Shown here piece after piece: positions 56,186 through 64,000 of a stretch of 64,000 bases of DNA; the stretch's first letter is position 1, and the number at the start of each line of letters is the position of its first letter. The stretch spans positions 29,232-93,231 of the IMG/VR virus record IMGVR_UViG_3300037851_000865; one strand, written 5' to 3'. The notes under the pieces are model-generated. The model saw nothing but the letters and a program-made list of their open reading frames with translations. It made no database searches and was not told the origin of the DNA. This DNA is from a virus. Made by a program: the position numbers and the translations under genes.

Positions 56186-56259
56186 CCGTCACGAAGGTGC
56201 CGGCTCGAGTCTTGACGACTCCGGGACACCCCGGTTTCTGGAAGGTCCCAACGGAGTAG
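56002..56259 (+). CDS. Small zinc-ribbon protein
   Basis: CTHPGC...CRKC. Confidence 0.6.
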   Translation: MPTDIKDPLDGDYEAACTHPGCGWTNKFRMQANLLNTGDSIPRDPTNGEFGKCRKCKRHSLTVTKVPARVLTTPGHPGFWKVPTE

Positions 56260-56603
56260 TCGGTCTATACTTCTACGGACAGCCTCTTGCTCTGGTCCGA
56301 GGACACGCAAGCACCTGGACTTTTCTTCTAGCTAACGAGCCATATCGCGTGACGCGTATCTATGACCTTCACTGGCTTTGGCCGTCGGTGATGCGGCTCC
56401 TTCAGGGCGACTCTCTTCAGGGGCTGCTCGGGCCGCGCTACTTCGTCGTCGATTTCAGCAACGCCCCCATCTACAGCCCGATACCGAAGCTTCGCTACCT
56501 CGCGGTTGTGGAGCCTCTTTTCCCTGTTCCGCTCGAGCGCGCCGGCGATGTGCTGGCCAAGCTCTACACCTACGTCCGGCCTGCTCTTTCCTCTCTGAAC
56601 TGA
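56157..56603 (+). CDS. Hypothetical protein (start uncertain)
   Basis: Natural-looking C-terminal ~115 aa. Confidence 0.55.
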   Translation: MQEVQKTQFDRHEGAGSSLDDSGTPRFLEGPNGVVGLYFYGQPLALVRGHASTWTFLLANEPYRVTRIYDLHWLWPSVMRLLQGDSLQGLLGPRYFVVDFSNAPIYSPIPKLRYLAVVEPLFPVPLERAGDVLAKLYTYVRPALSSLN

Positions 56604-56609
56604 GAGTGC

Positions 56610-56661
56610 TTGACGGCTCGACACAACCCGCGTATCAATGCGGTGTACACTTGTACACCGC
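56610..56661 (+). promoter_or_regulatory. Sigma70-like promoter followed by a perfect 10-bp inverted repeat
   Basis: TTGACG-N17-TATCAA (56610-56638); GCGGTGTACA-CT-TGTACACCGC (56640-56661) just before the GGAGG RBS. Confidence 0.5.
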
Positions 56662-56672
56662 CCTGGAGGACC

Positions 56673-57965
56673 ATGGCCAATCCGAATGCCGACCCAAATA
56701 ACCCAGCCTCTTTCTCGCCCTCGATGGAGCAGGTGAGAGAAGGAGCCCAACAGCCATACGTACATCCTTCGCTGCAGGGTAGTCCTGAGGCCTTGGCCTA
56801 CGCCATTGGTGCTGCCGCTCGTCGCGGCGGCGGGCTTCCGAAGTACAACGCGCCTACCCCCGGCGCCGGGCCGGCGATGCCTCCCCTCGATGCTCCGCAC
56901 CAGTCCGGGCTGACCATTGAGCAGCAGGCAGGTTTCCACGGACAGACTCATGCGCAGCAGGCCCAACAGGCAGCTCGCACCGCAGGCTCTATCGTAGATG
57001 GCGGTGCGCGGCCCGTCGGAATCGGCTCCATGCAGCCTGGGGCAGCCCGTCCCGCCCAGCCTTCTCCTGCGCAGATGGGCATCCTGCAGACCGACATGCT
57101 TCCGCAGGAGGCCATGAATGACCCGAACTTTATCAGGGGTCAGGGCGCAATGTTCGCGGCCAACCAACCTAACATGGCCCTTCGCTACGGCGTGGTACGG
57201 AATGGGCAGCACGTTCCGCCGCAGGCCTTGCAGGCCAACGTCGGAGGCGCCGGGCAGTCAGGGCAGATTGGAAATCGCCCGCTGAGTCAAACGCTGCAGG
57301 ACCTACAGAACCTGAGCAGCGTACAGCAGCCCAAGCAGGTGCACGACACAGAAGAAGAGGCGGAGAAAGAAGCTGCCACAAACTCTGCGGCGAGCTCGGC
57401 GAATGCTGGCAAACCTGCTGAGCAGCCTTTCACCAAGGAAGATATCGAGAACGTCATCAAGAAGATGGACGACTTCGACTATGCGTCGTTCCGCAAACAG
57501 CTGATGCACGACCAGCTAAACAATCCCGAGCAACGTCTCTTGATTGAGTCTCGGTTAGAGGAGCTCAGCCTCGACGAACTTATTATGAAGGACCGCGTAA
57601 CGCAGCGCGTGCCAGTTATCCCAGACCGCTTTGAGATTGTGTTTCAGAGCATGACAGGGGACGAGGACCTGGCGCTGAAGCGTCTTCTTATGAAAGAGTC
57701 TACTAACGTAGAGGTCACGGATAAGTATGTGCTTGATAAGTTTGCCCTGATGGCGCTTACCGCTGGTCTGTACAAGTTGAACAAGAACCCGGTCCCATCG
57801 CACCTGAACGAGAAGGGTCTGTTCGACGAGAAGCTATTCTGGGCCAAGTTTGATTGGGTGCTAAAGCGTCCTCTGCACATGCTTGCTTCTATCGGATGTA
57901 ACCACACTTGGTTTGAAATCCGCGTACGCAAGCTGTTCGTTGCTGAGAAGGTAAAAAATGGCTGA
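56673..57965 (+). CDS. Tail assembly chaperone (G-type) with long Gln/Pro/Ala-rich N-terminal extension
   Basis: ATG 56673 with GGAGG RBS; C-terminal globular domain (EIVFQSMTGDEDL...LYKLNK); ends on slippery A AAA AAT. Confidence 0.6.
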   Translation: MANPNADPNNPASFSPSMEQVREGAQQPYVHPSLQGSPEALAYAIGAAARRGGGLPKYNAPTPGAGPAMPPLDAPHQSGLTIEQQAGFHGQTHAQQAQQAARTAGSIVDGGARPVGIGSMQPGAARPAQPSPAQMGILQTDMLPQEAMNDPNFIRGQGAMFAANQPNMALRYGVVRNGQHVPPQALQANVGGAGQSGQIGNRPLSQTLQDLQNLSSVQQPKQVHDTEEEAEKEAATNSAASSANAGKPAEQPFTKEDIENVIKKMDDFDYASFRKQLMHDQLNNPEQRLLIESRLEELSLDELIMKDRVTQRVPVIPDRFEIVFQSMTGDEDLALKRLLMKESTNVEVTDKYVLDKFALMALTAGLYKLNKNPVPSHLNEKGLFDEKLFWAKFDWVLKRPLHMLASIGCNHTWFEIRVRKLFVAEKVKNG

Positions 57966-58393
57966 CCACTCCTGGAGGATGGGCTCGAGCAAACCTTTTG
58001 CTTCAGACCCTGAAAGCGCCGCCCGAAGTTGGGTCGCTCCGGGAGTGGGTACTCGTCTTGCTGCTGCACCGACTCGAGGATATCGAGCACGCAAGACTGC
58101 GCGCGGTTGTTCAAGTCCTAGTCGACAAGGAACAGGGTGTTACTGCGTTCGAGGACTACATGAAGATTGCGTTTCCTTATCTCGAGACGCGTAAGAGGCA
58201 GGAGAAGGACGACGCAAAGAAGGCTCTCATGTCCTGGGTGAAGAGTGGTCCGCTAAAAGTCACCCCGATGAACCAAGAAAAGAAAATCACGAGCCGAATG
58301 AAGGAGCGAGTAGTCGCTCGAATGGCCACACAAGAAACTCAGACAAGACACAGTCGTTTGGAGGAGCAATGGAACAAGAGAAGACCAACGTAG
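57947..58393 (+). CDS. Frameshift-accessed C-terminal extension of the tail assembly chaperone (GT-type)
   Basis: KWLTTPGGWARANLLLQTLKAPPEVGSLREW...; no ATG start in the 5' part, only a weak TTG at 57998. Confidence 0.65.
   Translation, partial: EGKKWLTTPGGWARANLLLQTLKAPPEVGSLREWVLVLLLHRLEDIEHARLRAVVQVLVDKEQGVTAFEDYMKIAFPYLETRKRQEKDDAKKALMSWVKSGPLKVTPMNQEKKITSRMKERVVARMATQETQTRHSRLEEQWNKRRPT
57953..57959 (+). other. Programmed -1 ribosomal frameshift site A_AAA_AAT
   Basis: Codons GTA AAA AAT GGC TGA; the -1 frame is open from 57947 to 58393; hairpin CCA(C)TCC-TGGA-GGATGG begins 6 nt downstream. Confidence 0.7.
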
Positions 58394-58752
58394 CCTACTT
58401 CTGCCCCGAGTGCGGGTCCGCGAGTGTCGAGTTCAGCGGGCTCGTAGGCGGAGGTGCTTCCTGCCGTGTATGCAAGTGGGAGGGAGCCAAAGATAAGCTA
58501 CTCGCGCACGTGTTCTCGCACGAGCATGGCGACGGCTCTCAGGTCACCCAGGCTATTCTGAACGACTTTCGCCGGGCGTGCGCAGTCTCTGCGCAGTCCT
58601 TCGGGCAAATCCTCGTTAAGTGGGGATTCATCACCGACCCTTCCAACGTAAAAACGTTGTCCCGCTACATCGCGGCTATCTGCCGGGCATCGCTGTTGGC
58701 GGTGCTTGAAGAGCGTCAGAAAATTGAACAGGAGCGCGTCAATGGGAACTGA
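58369..58752 (+). CDS. Zinc-ribbon hypothetical protein
   Basis: CPECGS...CRVCKW; GGAGGAG RBS. Confidence 0.75.
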   Translation: MEQEKTNVAYFCPECGSASVEFSGLVGGGASCRVCKWEGAKDKLLAHVFSHEHGDGSQVTQAILNDFRRACAVSAQSFGQILVKWGFITDPSNVKTLSRYIAAICRASLLAVLEERQKIEQERVNGN

Positions 58753-59089
58753 AGAGCAAGAAGAAGAGCTCATCGAACAGAGCGAGATGCGTCCGCCGGA
58801 GACAGGTCTGTACTGTTTCCTGGACGCCAAGCGGCCTTGTGGCGCCTCCTGTATGGCGTTCGTGACGCACCCGAACCATAAGACGGTCGCTGCCTCTGAG
58901 CTGAGTGAGCAGCAGATTCACTGCGCGCTCATCACGGGTGTTGAGCGTACGGGACGTAATCTCGTCATGTTGGCAAGCTCTGCCTCGGGCATTTTGAAGA
59001 AGCAGAGCATCAAGGAGACGGACGACCGTAGGGCCGCGCAGTTTCAGCAGGGCTCAGTGTCGCCCTTTGGGAAGAAGGACGGACAATGA
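58742..59089 (+). CDS. Cys-containing hypothetical protein
   Basis: CFLDAKRPCGASCMAF...HC; AGGAG RBS. Confidence 0.7.
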   Translation: MGTEEQEEELIEQSEMRPPETGLYCFLDAKRPCGASCMAFVTHPNHKTVAASELSEQQIHCALITGVERTGRNLVMLASSASGILKKQSIKETDDRRAAQFQQGSVSPFGKKDGQ

Positions 59090-59805
59090 TTCAAGCGAAC
59101 ATCCTCGGCGTCGAGCAGAAGATGGACTTCAGCACGAAGGTCATCCGTAACTACGTGCTTCTCGAGATTGGTGGTAAGCAGATTCACGCAGAGGTACCTG
59201 ACATCAGTGAGTTGTCTGAGCTTATCAGCGCGGGCATGGGCGGGGATGTTTCTGCGCAGGCGGCTCCTGAGGTAAAGCTTGTCCACAAAGAGGAGCTGTT
59301 TACCTCTCCATTGCCTCGTGCCTCCTCACAAGAGCCGCAGGAGGCCCTGTTCAACTGGAGGAACTTGGATGACAATCTCTTGCCTGCTGAGGTCAAAGCA
59401 GCGATGCGCATGATGGAGGTGCCTGCTGTTCTCCCTGCGTCCAGTATTGATGAGATGGCCAAGGCCATTCTCGACGAGTTCACAGAGGACGATTGGGCTA
59501 ACGTGCGCGCGCACATGCAGTCGCAGGCAGTCTCCGTCGAGATGAAGACTGCCTGGCAGGTAGTGCCCGAGCAAGCACAACCAGTCTCGCCACCGCTTGC
59601 CGCCCCTCCTGTCACCGCCCCAGAGCAGCCAGTCGTAGGAAAGGTTCAGTGGACCAACGGATTCGTCATGAAGAATCCGCGCCCTGCGAGGACTGTGCAG
59701 GCGGATGACTACGGGTATCCAGTGGTCAGCGGCTCCGGGGTGAACCCCTCTGATGTTGTCGGCAGCAGCGACGTTGTCGATGAGGATGGTATCGGTCAGG
59801 TATGA
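59086..59805 (+). CDS. Hypothetical protein
   Basis: 239 aa, ATGA-coupled. Confidence 0.75.
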   Translation: MIQANILGVEQKMDFSTKVIRNYVLLEIGGKQIHAEVPDISELSELISAGMGGDVSAQAAPEVKLVHKEELFTSPLPRASSQEPQEALFNWRNLDDNLLPAEVKAAMRMMEVPAVLPASSIDEMAKAILDEFTEDDWANVRAHMQSQAVSVEMKTAWQVVPEQAQPVSPPLAAPPVTAPEQPVVGKVQWTNGFVMKNPRPARTVQADDYGYPVVSGSGVNPSDVVGSSDVVDEDGIGQV

Positions 59806-60242
59806 TTTTCTTTGCATGCTCCGGTGAGTGCGACTTTGTCGGTCGTGTTCATGTGGAAGATGAGGCAGAGGCTGCTCACCTCATCGGGCCAAGCTCGGAG
59901 TGGTACCCCAACAAGTACCCATGTCCGAAGTGCGGCAGTTCGTGCACGTTCTCTGCACGCTCTGACCCTATGTCCCGCTTCACCGACCTGACGACGAAGG
60001 AGGCTTTTATCGCATTCTCCGGTGTCGGCCTCCCTGAAGAGCAAGAGTGTGGGGCTTCTGTGGTGCGCAACCTCATTCTCGAGCAGGGTGTGAAGGATGT
60101 CACGACCAGGCACATTGCAAACACAAAACGCTGCCTCCTCGAACGCATCACGCTGAACGATGGGACCGAGCTGTACTTGGGTGCGAGTTCTCTTGGTGCC
60201 TGTGTGTACCGAATCAAGAAAGCCTCCAGCTATGTCGAGTAG
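59802..60242 (+). CDS. Zinc-finger hypothetical protein
   Basis: CSGEC...CPKCG. Confidence 0.75.
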   Translation: MIFFACSGECDFVGRVHVEDEAEAAHLIGPSSEWYPNKYPCPKCGSSCTFSARSDPMSRFTDLTTKEAFIAFSGVGLPEEQECGASVVRNLILEQGVKDVTTRHIANTKRCLLERITLNDGTELYLGASSLGACVYRIKKASSYVE

Positions 60243-60972
60243 CATCAAAATTGTCCTTAGGTACAAGCGTCAGCAGGAGCTCGTGAAGAACGAGCACTTG
60301 TTCACGGGCTCATTTGTGTTGACCGATGAAGAACGAGAGACCAAGCAAGACTTTCTTGGCTTGAAGTTCCACCAGATGATGACTGCTGCTTCTCGGCTTC
60401 TCCGTAAGCACGAAGACGCAGTCATGTACCTGGAGCGTACTGAGCGAGAAGGGCTTCGTCCCATTCGGCTTGAAGAGGACATGCGTGTACTTCTTCGTGA
60501 CGACCCTGTGAGTGCCATCGACGCTATGACGGTGCGTACAGGTTCGAAGGTTACCCCGCGCCTTGACCCGCAGGCATCCCCTTACGACTTCGAGGCGTCG
60601 GTCTTCAGTGATGTGGTGTACCTGCGCATGAAGAGCGGCAGTGTCGAGAACCCTTTGACAGGTCGGTGGTCAACGCTTGCCGCCTTTGTGAAGACCGGTG
60701 AGTGGGCTATTCGTGGTGAAGACAACCGTTCTGCCTCCTGGCTGCGTATCAAGCTGCCGGAGTTCAGCGGCAGCCTGAACGACCAACAAGAGTTGGCGGA
60801 CGGACTTCACAAGTGTCAGTGGGCTACCGTCCGTGTGGAGGACCTGCTGAAAGAAAGTACCAACAAGTTCTTCTTGCCACGTCGATGGAACAAGTGGCAG
60901 TGGATTAGTCGTCGAGACCTGCAACAGCTGCTCGACCAGTGGAACGGAAACAAGAACGGAGAAATGTCATGA
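60232..60972 (+). CDS. Hypothetical protein
   Basis: 246 aa from ATG 60232. Confidence 0.7.
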   Translation: MSSSIKIVLRYKRQQELVKNEHLFTGSFVLTDEERETKQDFLGLKFHQMMTAASRLLRKHEDAVMYLERTEREGLRPIRLEEDMRVLLRDDPVSAIDAMTVRTGSKVTPRLDPQASPYDFEASVFSDVVYLRMKSGSVENPLTGRWSTLAAFVKTGEWAIRGEDNRSASWLRIKLPEFSGSLNDQQELADGLHKCQWATVRVEDLLKESTNKFFLPRRWNKWQWISRRDLQQLLDQWNGNKNGEMS

Positions 60973-61319
60973 ATCGTCCTCAAGGTGTAGTTGTGCCGCA
61001 GAGTCAGAAGCGTTCTGAGCGGAAGGGTGAGCCCAACAAGGTCTATGCGGCCGTACCTGCAACGATGGTTGCTGTGCAGTACGCAGACGGCAGCGGGAAT
61101 CTCATCAAGGAGTTTTGGTACAAGGTTGGTGACCAGTACTACATCCCGCCGCAGGCTGAGCAGTTTGCCAGCCAGCTTCGCTCCGTGAAGGAAGGTCACG
61201 CAGCTCAGGTGAACAACCTGTTGGCTGCCTATCACAGCGACCCGAACGACATTCCTGAGCAGGACCCTGTCAACGTGGTGACCAACGCAGTCGCCTCAGA
61301 CAACGGTGTCGACGTATGA
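60969..61319 (+). CDS. Hypothetical protein
   Basis: 116 aa, ATGA-coupled. Confidence 0.7.
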   Translation: MNRPQGVVVPQSQKRSERKGEPNKVYAAVPATMVAVQYADGSGNLIKEFWYKVGDQYYIPPQAEQFASQLRSVKEGHAAQVNNLLAAYHSDPNDIPEQDPVNVVTNAVASDNGVDV

Positions 61320-61678
61320 GTGACTTCGCTGACCGGTTTCGGCCTCTCAACGACGTCGTCCTGGTGAAGGTCGGTCCTCTGCAGAAGTTTTCGGACATCA
61401 TCGAGATTCCGGACTCCATCGCACAGAATCACCCGGTCAGCGTCGGCGTCATCGTGAAGGCTGGTCCTGGGCGCTGGAAGGCCAAGAAGGCTGGAGAGCC
61501 CAAGCGGGTATTCATCCCCACAGCCTCTCGCCCCGGGCAGCACGTAGTGTTCTTCTCGGCGGCTATGCACGGCAAGAAGGGTGAAAGCTTCTGTCACGAC
61601 ATGCCTGACGACCACGCGCTCATTCGTGACGGAGACGTTCTGTTTGAGTACGACGAGGATGTAAAGGTGGATGTGTGA
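61316..61678 (+). CDS. groES: GroES-like co-chaperonin
   Basis: FRPLNDVVLVK...IIEIPDS...GVIVKAGPG...PGQHVVF...LIRDGDVL. Confidence 0.88.
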   Translation: MSDFADRFRPLNDVVLVKVGPLQKFSDIIEIPDSIAQNHPVSVGVIVKAGPGRWKAKKAGEPKRVFIPTASRPGQHVVFFSAAMHGKKGESFCHDMPDDHALIRDGDVLFEYDEDVKVDV

Positions 61679-61962
61679 TGTATGCCGTAGTTAGTCCTGC
61701 GCCAGGTGTTCTCGAGCTCAACTATATGTGGCTCCCCACCTGGATTGGTATGAACACTGCGCTCCTCAAGGAGCTTGGCGAGGTTGCCTCTAAAGCAGCT
61801 GTTGGGCGCCCTCTCACAGAAGCAATAGAAGAAAGTCATCAAGCAGTTCTGGACCACCTGAGCGAGAAGTACCCAGATATCGAAGGTCTGAAAGACTGGC
61901 TACAAGGTATGAAGTTGGTGTTCGTCAATGGCAGCGACAAAGAAGGCAACAGCCAAGGATGA
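61675..61962 (+). CDS. Hypothetical protein
   Basis: 95 aa, coupled. Confidence 0.65.
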   Translation: MMYAVVSPAPGVLELNYMWLPTWIGMNTALLKELGEVASKAAVGRPLTEAIEESHQAVLDHLSEKYPDIEGLKDWLQGMKLVFVNGSDKEGNSQG

Positions 61963-62125
61963 GCGTCTTCCCTTGCGTATCAGGGCGGACCTAAAGAAGG
62001 ACATCAAGGAGTACGCAAAGCGAAACAGCACATCGCCTAGCGAGCTCGTCACGAGGTTCTTTGAAGGGCTTCTGAAGCGTGACGAGGAAGAGCGACAGAA
62101 GACGGCGAAGAAGAAGTTTTTCTGA
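61928..62125 (+). CDS. Ribbon-helix-helix DNA-binding protein
   Basis: ERLPLRIRADLKKDIKEYAKRNSTSPSELVTRFF. Confidence 0.8.
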   Translation: MAATKKATAKDERLPLRIRADLKKDIKEYAKRNSTSPSELVTRFFEGLLKRDEEERQKTAKKKFF

Positions 62126-62697
62126 TGGACGACTACCAGGAGATAACCGACACGATTGATGTGCCGCGGAATACAGGGCTCGAAGGCTTTCTGTACACCG
62201 TACGCACGCTGCTGCGACGTCCGCGAGTCCAGGAGATTCGTATTGACCATCGTGGTGTTGTTACGTGCCGTCGGTATGCTCGGGTGAACGACACTGAGCG
62301 CAACTTGGGGGTGGACTTCTCAGAGCTTCAACCTAGCGGGATTGTCAGAAATACACATGTTGAAGAGGTTCCTGTTTACGACGGCGCAAACGCAGCTGTT
62401 GTGGTCGGCGGCTTACTTGACCTTGTAGCGGTTGAGCAGCACAAGCCTTTGGCGTTTATGACAGGAGCAGCCTCGGTTCTCTGGGATTGGTACAGAGCGA
62501 CCACGAAAGTGTCACTGCGCAACAAGGAGACTCTGCACGGGTTGCCCTTGTACGGTGACAGGCTACTACCAGACACGGCGCTGATTCTTGTTTCGGGGTA
62601 CGGGCGAGAGGCTGCATTGTCAGACGCCCGGCGTTCGTACAAGATAGAGATGCCGCAATACGAATACCCATCAGATGAAGTAGAGGTGATGCTGTGA
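62125..62697 (+). CDS. Hypothetical protein
   Basis: 190 aa, TGATG-coupled. Confidence 0.75.
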   Translation: MDDYQEITDTIDVPRNTGLEGFLYTVRTLLRRPRVQEIRIDHRGVVTCRRYARVNDTERNLGVDFSELQPSGIVRNTHVEEVPVYDGANAAVVVGGLLDLVAVEQHKPLAFMTGAASVLWDWYRATTKVSLRNKETLHGLPLYGDRLLPDTALILVSGYGREAALSDARRSYKIEMPQYEYPSDEVEVML

Positions 62698-63179
62698 AGT
62701 CAGTAGCAAAAGCAGTCGTAGAGGCCGGGTTGGTGGACGACAGCGTCCTGGGTGAGATGCGTCGTTGGGGCGTGCCTCTTCCGGACGCTGAAGCGCAGGA
62801 GTCCGTTCTCCGTAACAAGGACACCGTGCTGCTTCACATCCGTGAGGCCATCGAGAGCGAGGACCAGGTGCGCATGGACGAAACAGAGCTCGACCTGTTG
62901 AGTCGGTACCTTGATAAGAAGAATCAGCTGCACGGCCGCCTCATCCTCAAAGAGGGGAAAAAGCACCAGACCACTAATGTCTCTTTCTGTCTCACCACTT
63001 TGGGTGAGTACGCTATTCCGTGGACTGACGACGACGAGCCTGAGATTCTGGTCAACGGTGAGACCCACCTGAAGTGGGAGGATGAGGAGGGAAAGCACGA
63101 TGTGCATTTCTCTAGCTACCGTTCTGTCTACTTCGGTAACCGTAAGGCCTTCGTAGTCTGTGAGGGAACAAATGTCTGA
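62694..63179 (+). CDS. Hypothetical protein
   Basis: 161 aa, GTG start, coupled. Confidence 0.7.
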   Translation: MKSVAKAVVEAGLVDDSVLGEMRRWGVPLPDAEAQESVLRNKDTVLLHIREAIESEDQVRMDETELDLLSRYLDKKNQLHGRLILKEGKKHQTTNVSFCLTTLGEYAIPWTDDDEPEILVNGETHLKWEDEEGKHDVHFSSYRSVYFGNRKAFVVCEGTNV

Positions 63180-63612
63180 CGCGCAAGAACTCATCAAGGT
63201 GCTACATCAGCGTCTCGGCTACGAGACGGTAAAACCTACAGTCTCAGCAAATCAGATTCGCCTGGCTGGCCGCGTAGGCACAGCGCACATGCGTAACTGG
63301 GTTGTTGCCGCTGCTCACCTGCTTCAGGTCGCGGAAGGCGCCACATGGTCTCTTGACCTGTCAAAGCATTACTTCTTGCGCGCAGGGCAGATGGTGTACA
63401 CCTGGCGCCTCATCTTCCAGGCAGAGAACGTTGCTCAACACCTCCCTTCAATCATCGGCGCCATCAACAACTCCCCTCGAGCTCGCTTTGAGGTGGAGGA
63501 GCAAGCGCTGCCTGGTGTCAACGGTCCTCGCACCATGATGAACAAGCGGGGCAAGGGCGCGGCCTCTGCGGGCTCTACTCCCATGCTGATTCGTCAGAGG
63601 GCTGGCGGATGA
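63172..63612 (+). CDS. Hypothetical protein
   Basis: 146 aa from ATG 63172 with GAGGG RBS. Confidence 0.7.
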   Translation: MSDAQELIKVLHQRLGYETVKPTVSANQIRLAGRVGTAHMRNWVVAAAHLLQVAEGATWSLDLSKHYFLRAGQMVYTWRLIFQAENVAQHLPSIIGAINNSPRARFEVEEQALPGVNGPRTMMNKRGKGAASAGSTPMLIRQRAGG

Positions 63613-64000
63613 GTGGTGTAGCCAAAGAACTGTCGGCAGAGCTTCTGAGCGCGCCTGACGTGACCCGCATCTCCCCTGAGGAGGCGGAGAATCTCAAGAA
63701 GCGCCAGGAGGCTTTGGACAAGCTCCTCGAGGAGAAGAACCTGGCCAAGTATAAGCTTGAGGTCATGTTCAGCCACAGGCACACGTCTCGGGCCCCCACG
63801 GCAGGCACCGTGACCTGGTGGGAGAGCGGGACCAAGCTTCACGGTGGAGGGGATGCCAAGCTGTACCTGTGCGACAACAGCGTGCCAGGCTCCCGGTACG
63901 AGGGCCGCGGTTGCGGGAAGTTCATCCCCGACAGCGCCAACGGTCTCAGTTTCATCGTCTGCCCTCACTGCCAGATGATGTGGAAGCCGGAGTATCTGGT
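63609..64000 (+). CDS. Zinc-finger hypothetical protein, runs off the right edge (not in ORF track)
   Basis: Manual translation MSGVAKELSAELL...LYLCDNS...GCGKF...IVCPHCQMMWKPEY. Confidence 0.7.
   Translation, partial: MSGVAKELSAELLSAPDVTRISPEEAENLKKRQEALDKLLEEKNLAKYKLEVMFSHRHTSRAPTAGTVTWWESGTKLHGGGDAKLYLCDNSVPGSRYEGRGCGKFIPDSANGLSFIVCPHCQMMWKPEYL

Noticed and set aside
55721-56259. Programmed frameshift between the two overlapping zinc-finger ORFs
   Set aside because: The second ORF has its own ATG and no canonical slippery heptamer was found; simple overlap is sufficient
41371-62919. Other ATAAGA hexamers as extra promoter copies (41371, 42225, 58878, 62914)
   Set aside because: They are intragenic and lack the RCAA element 19 nt upstream
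1-64000. Stop-codon reassignment (alternative genetic code)
   Set aside because: TAA, TAG and TGA all end well-coupled genes, and conserved long genes are uninterrupted in code 11
1-64000. CRISPR array, tRNA or rRNA genes, integrase
   Set aside because: No regularly spaced repeats, cloverleafs or recombinase motifs were seen by eye; a tRNAscan or CRISPR search was not run

Overview
The window is a gene-dense (~58-60% GC by eye) segment of a large contractile-tailed dsDNA phage genome, not a host chromosome. It carries most of the morphogenesis module: portal, gpA-type large terminase, prohead protease, scaffold-like proteins, major capsid protein, neck proteins, a very long tail sheath, tail tube, a baseplate spike-like protein, and a tail-assembly chaperone pair with a -1 frameshift site. 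It also encodes an endolysin, an SF2 helicase (partial, missing from the ORF track), a MoxR AAA+/vWA-metallopeptidase pair, a dNMP kinase, GroES, an H1-like protein and many small Cys-rich ORFs. Three linked features stand out. (1) A 2159-aa single-chain beta-beta' fused bacterial-type RNA polymerase sits inside the virion gene cluster; it lacks the beta' N-terminal zinc finger and has a remodelled rifampicin pocket. (2) A bipartite motif RCAA-N19-ATAAGA occurs in four intergenic regions (plus one 1-mismatch copy), upstream of non-structural genes and of a hairpin-rich candidate small RNA; it is a candidate promoter for that polymerase. (3) A K-x-A-(S/A/G) motif recurs in nearly every head-associated protein, including the capsid N-terminus and the protease itself, but is not evident in sheath or tube. 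It often directly precedes cationic amphipathic, glycine-zipper segments, suggesting protease-processed polyproteins that release membrane-active peptides inside the capsid. All functional calls come from motif recognition by eye; no database searches were run.
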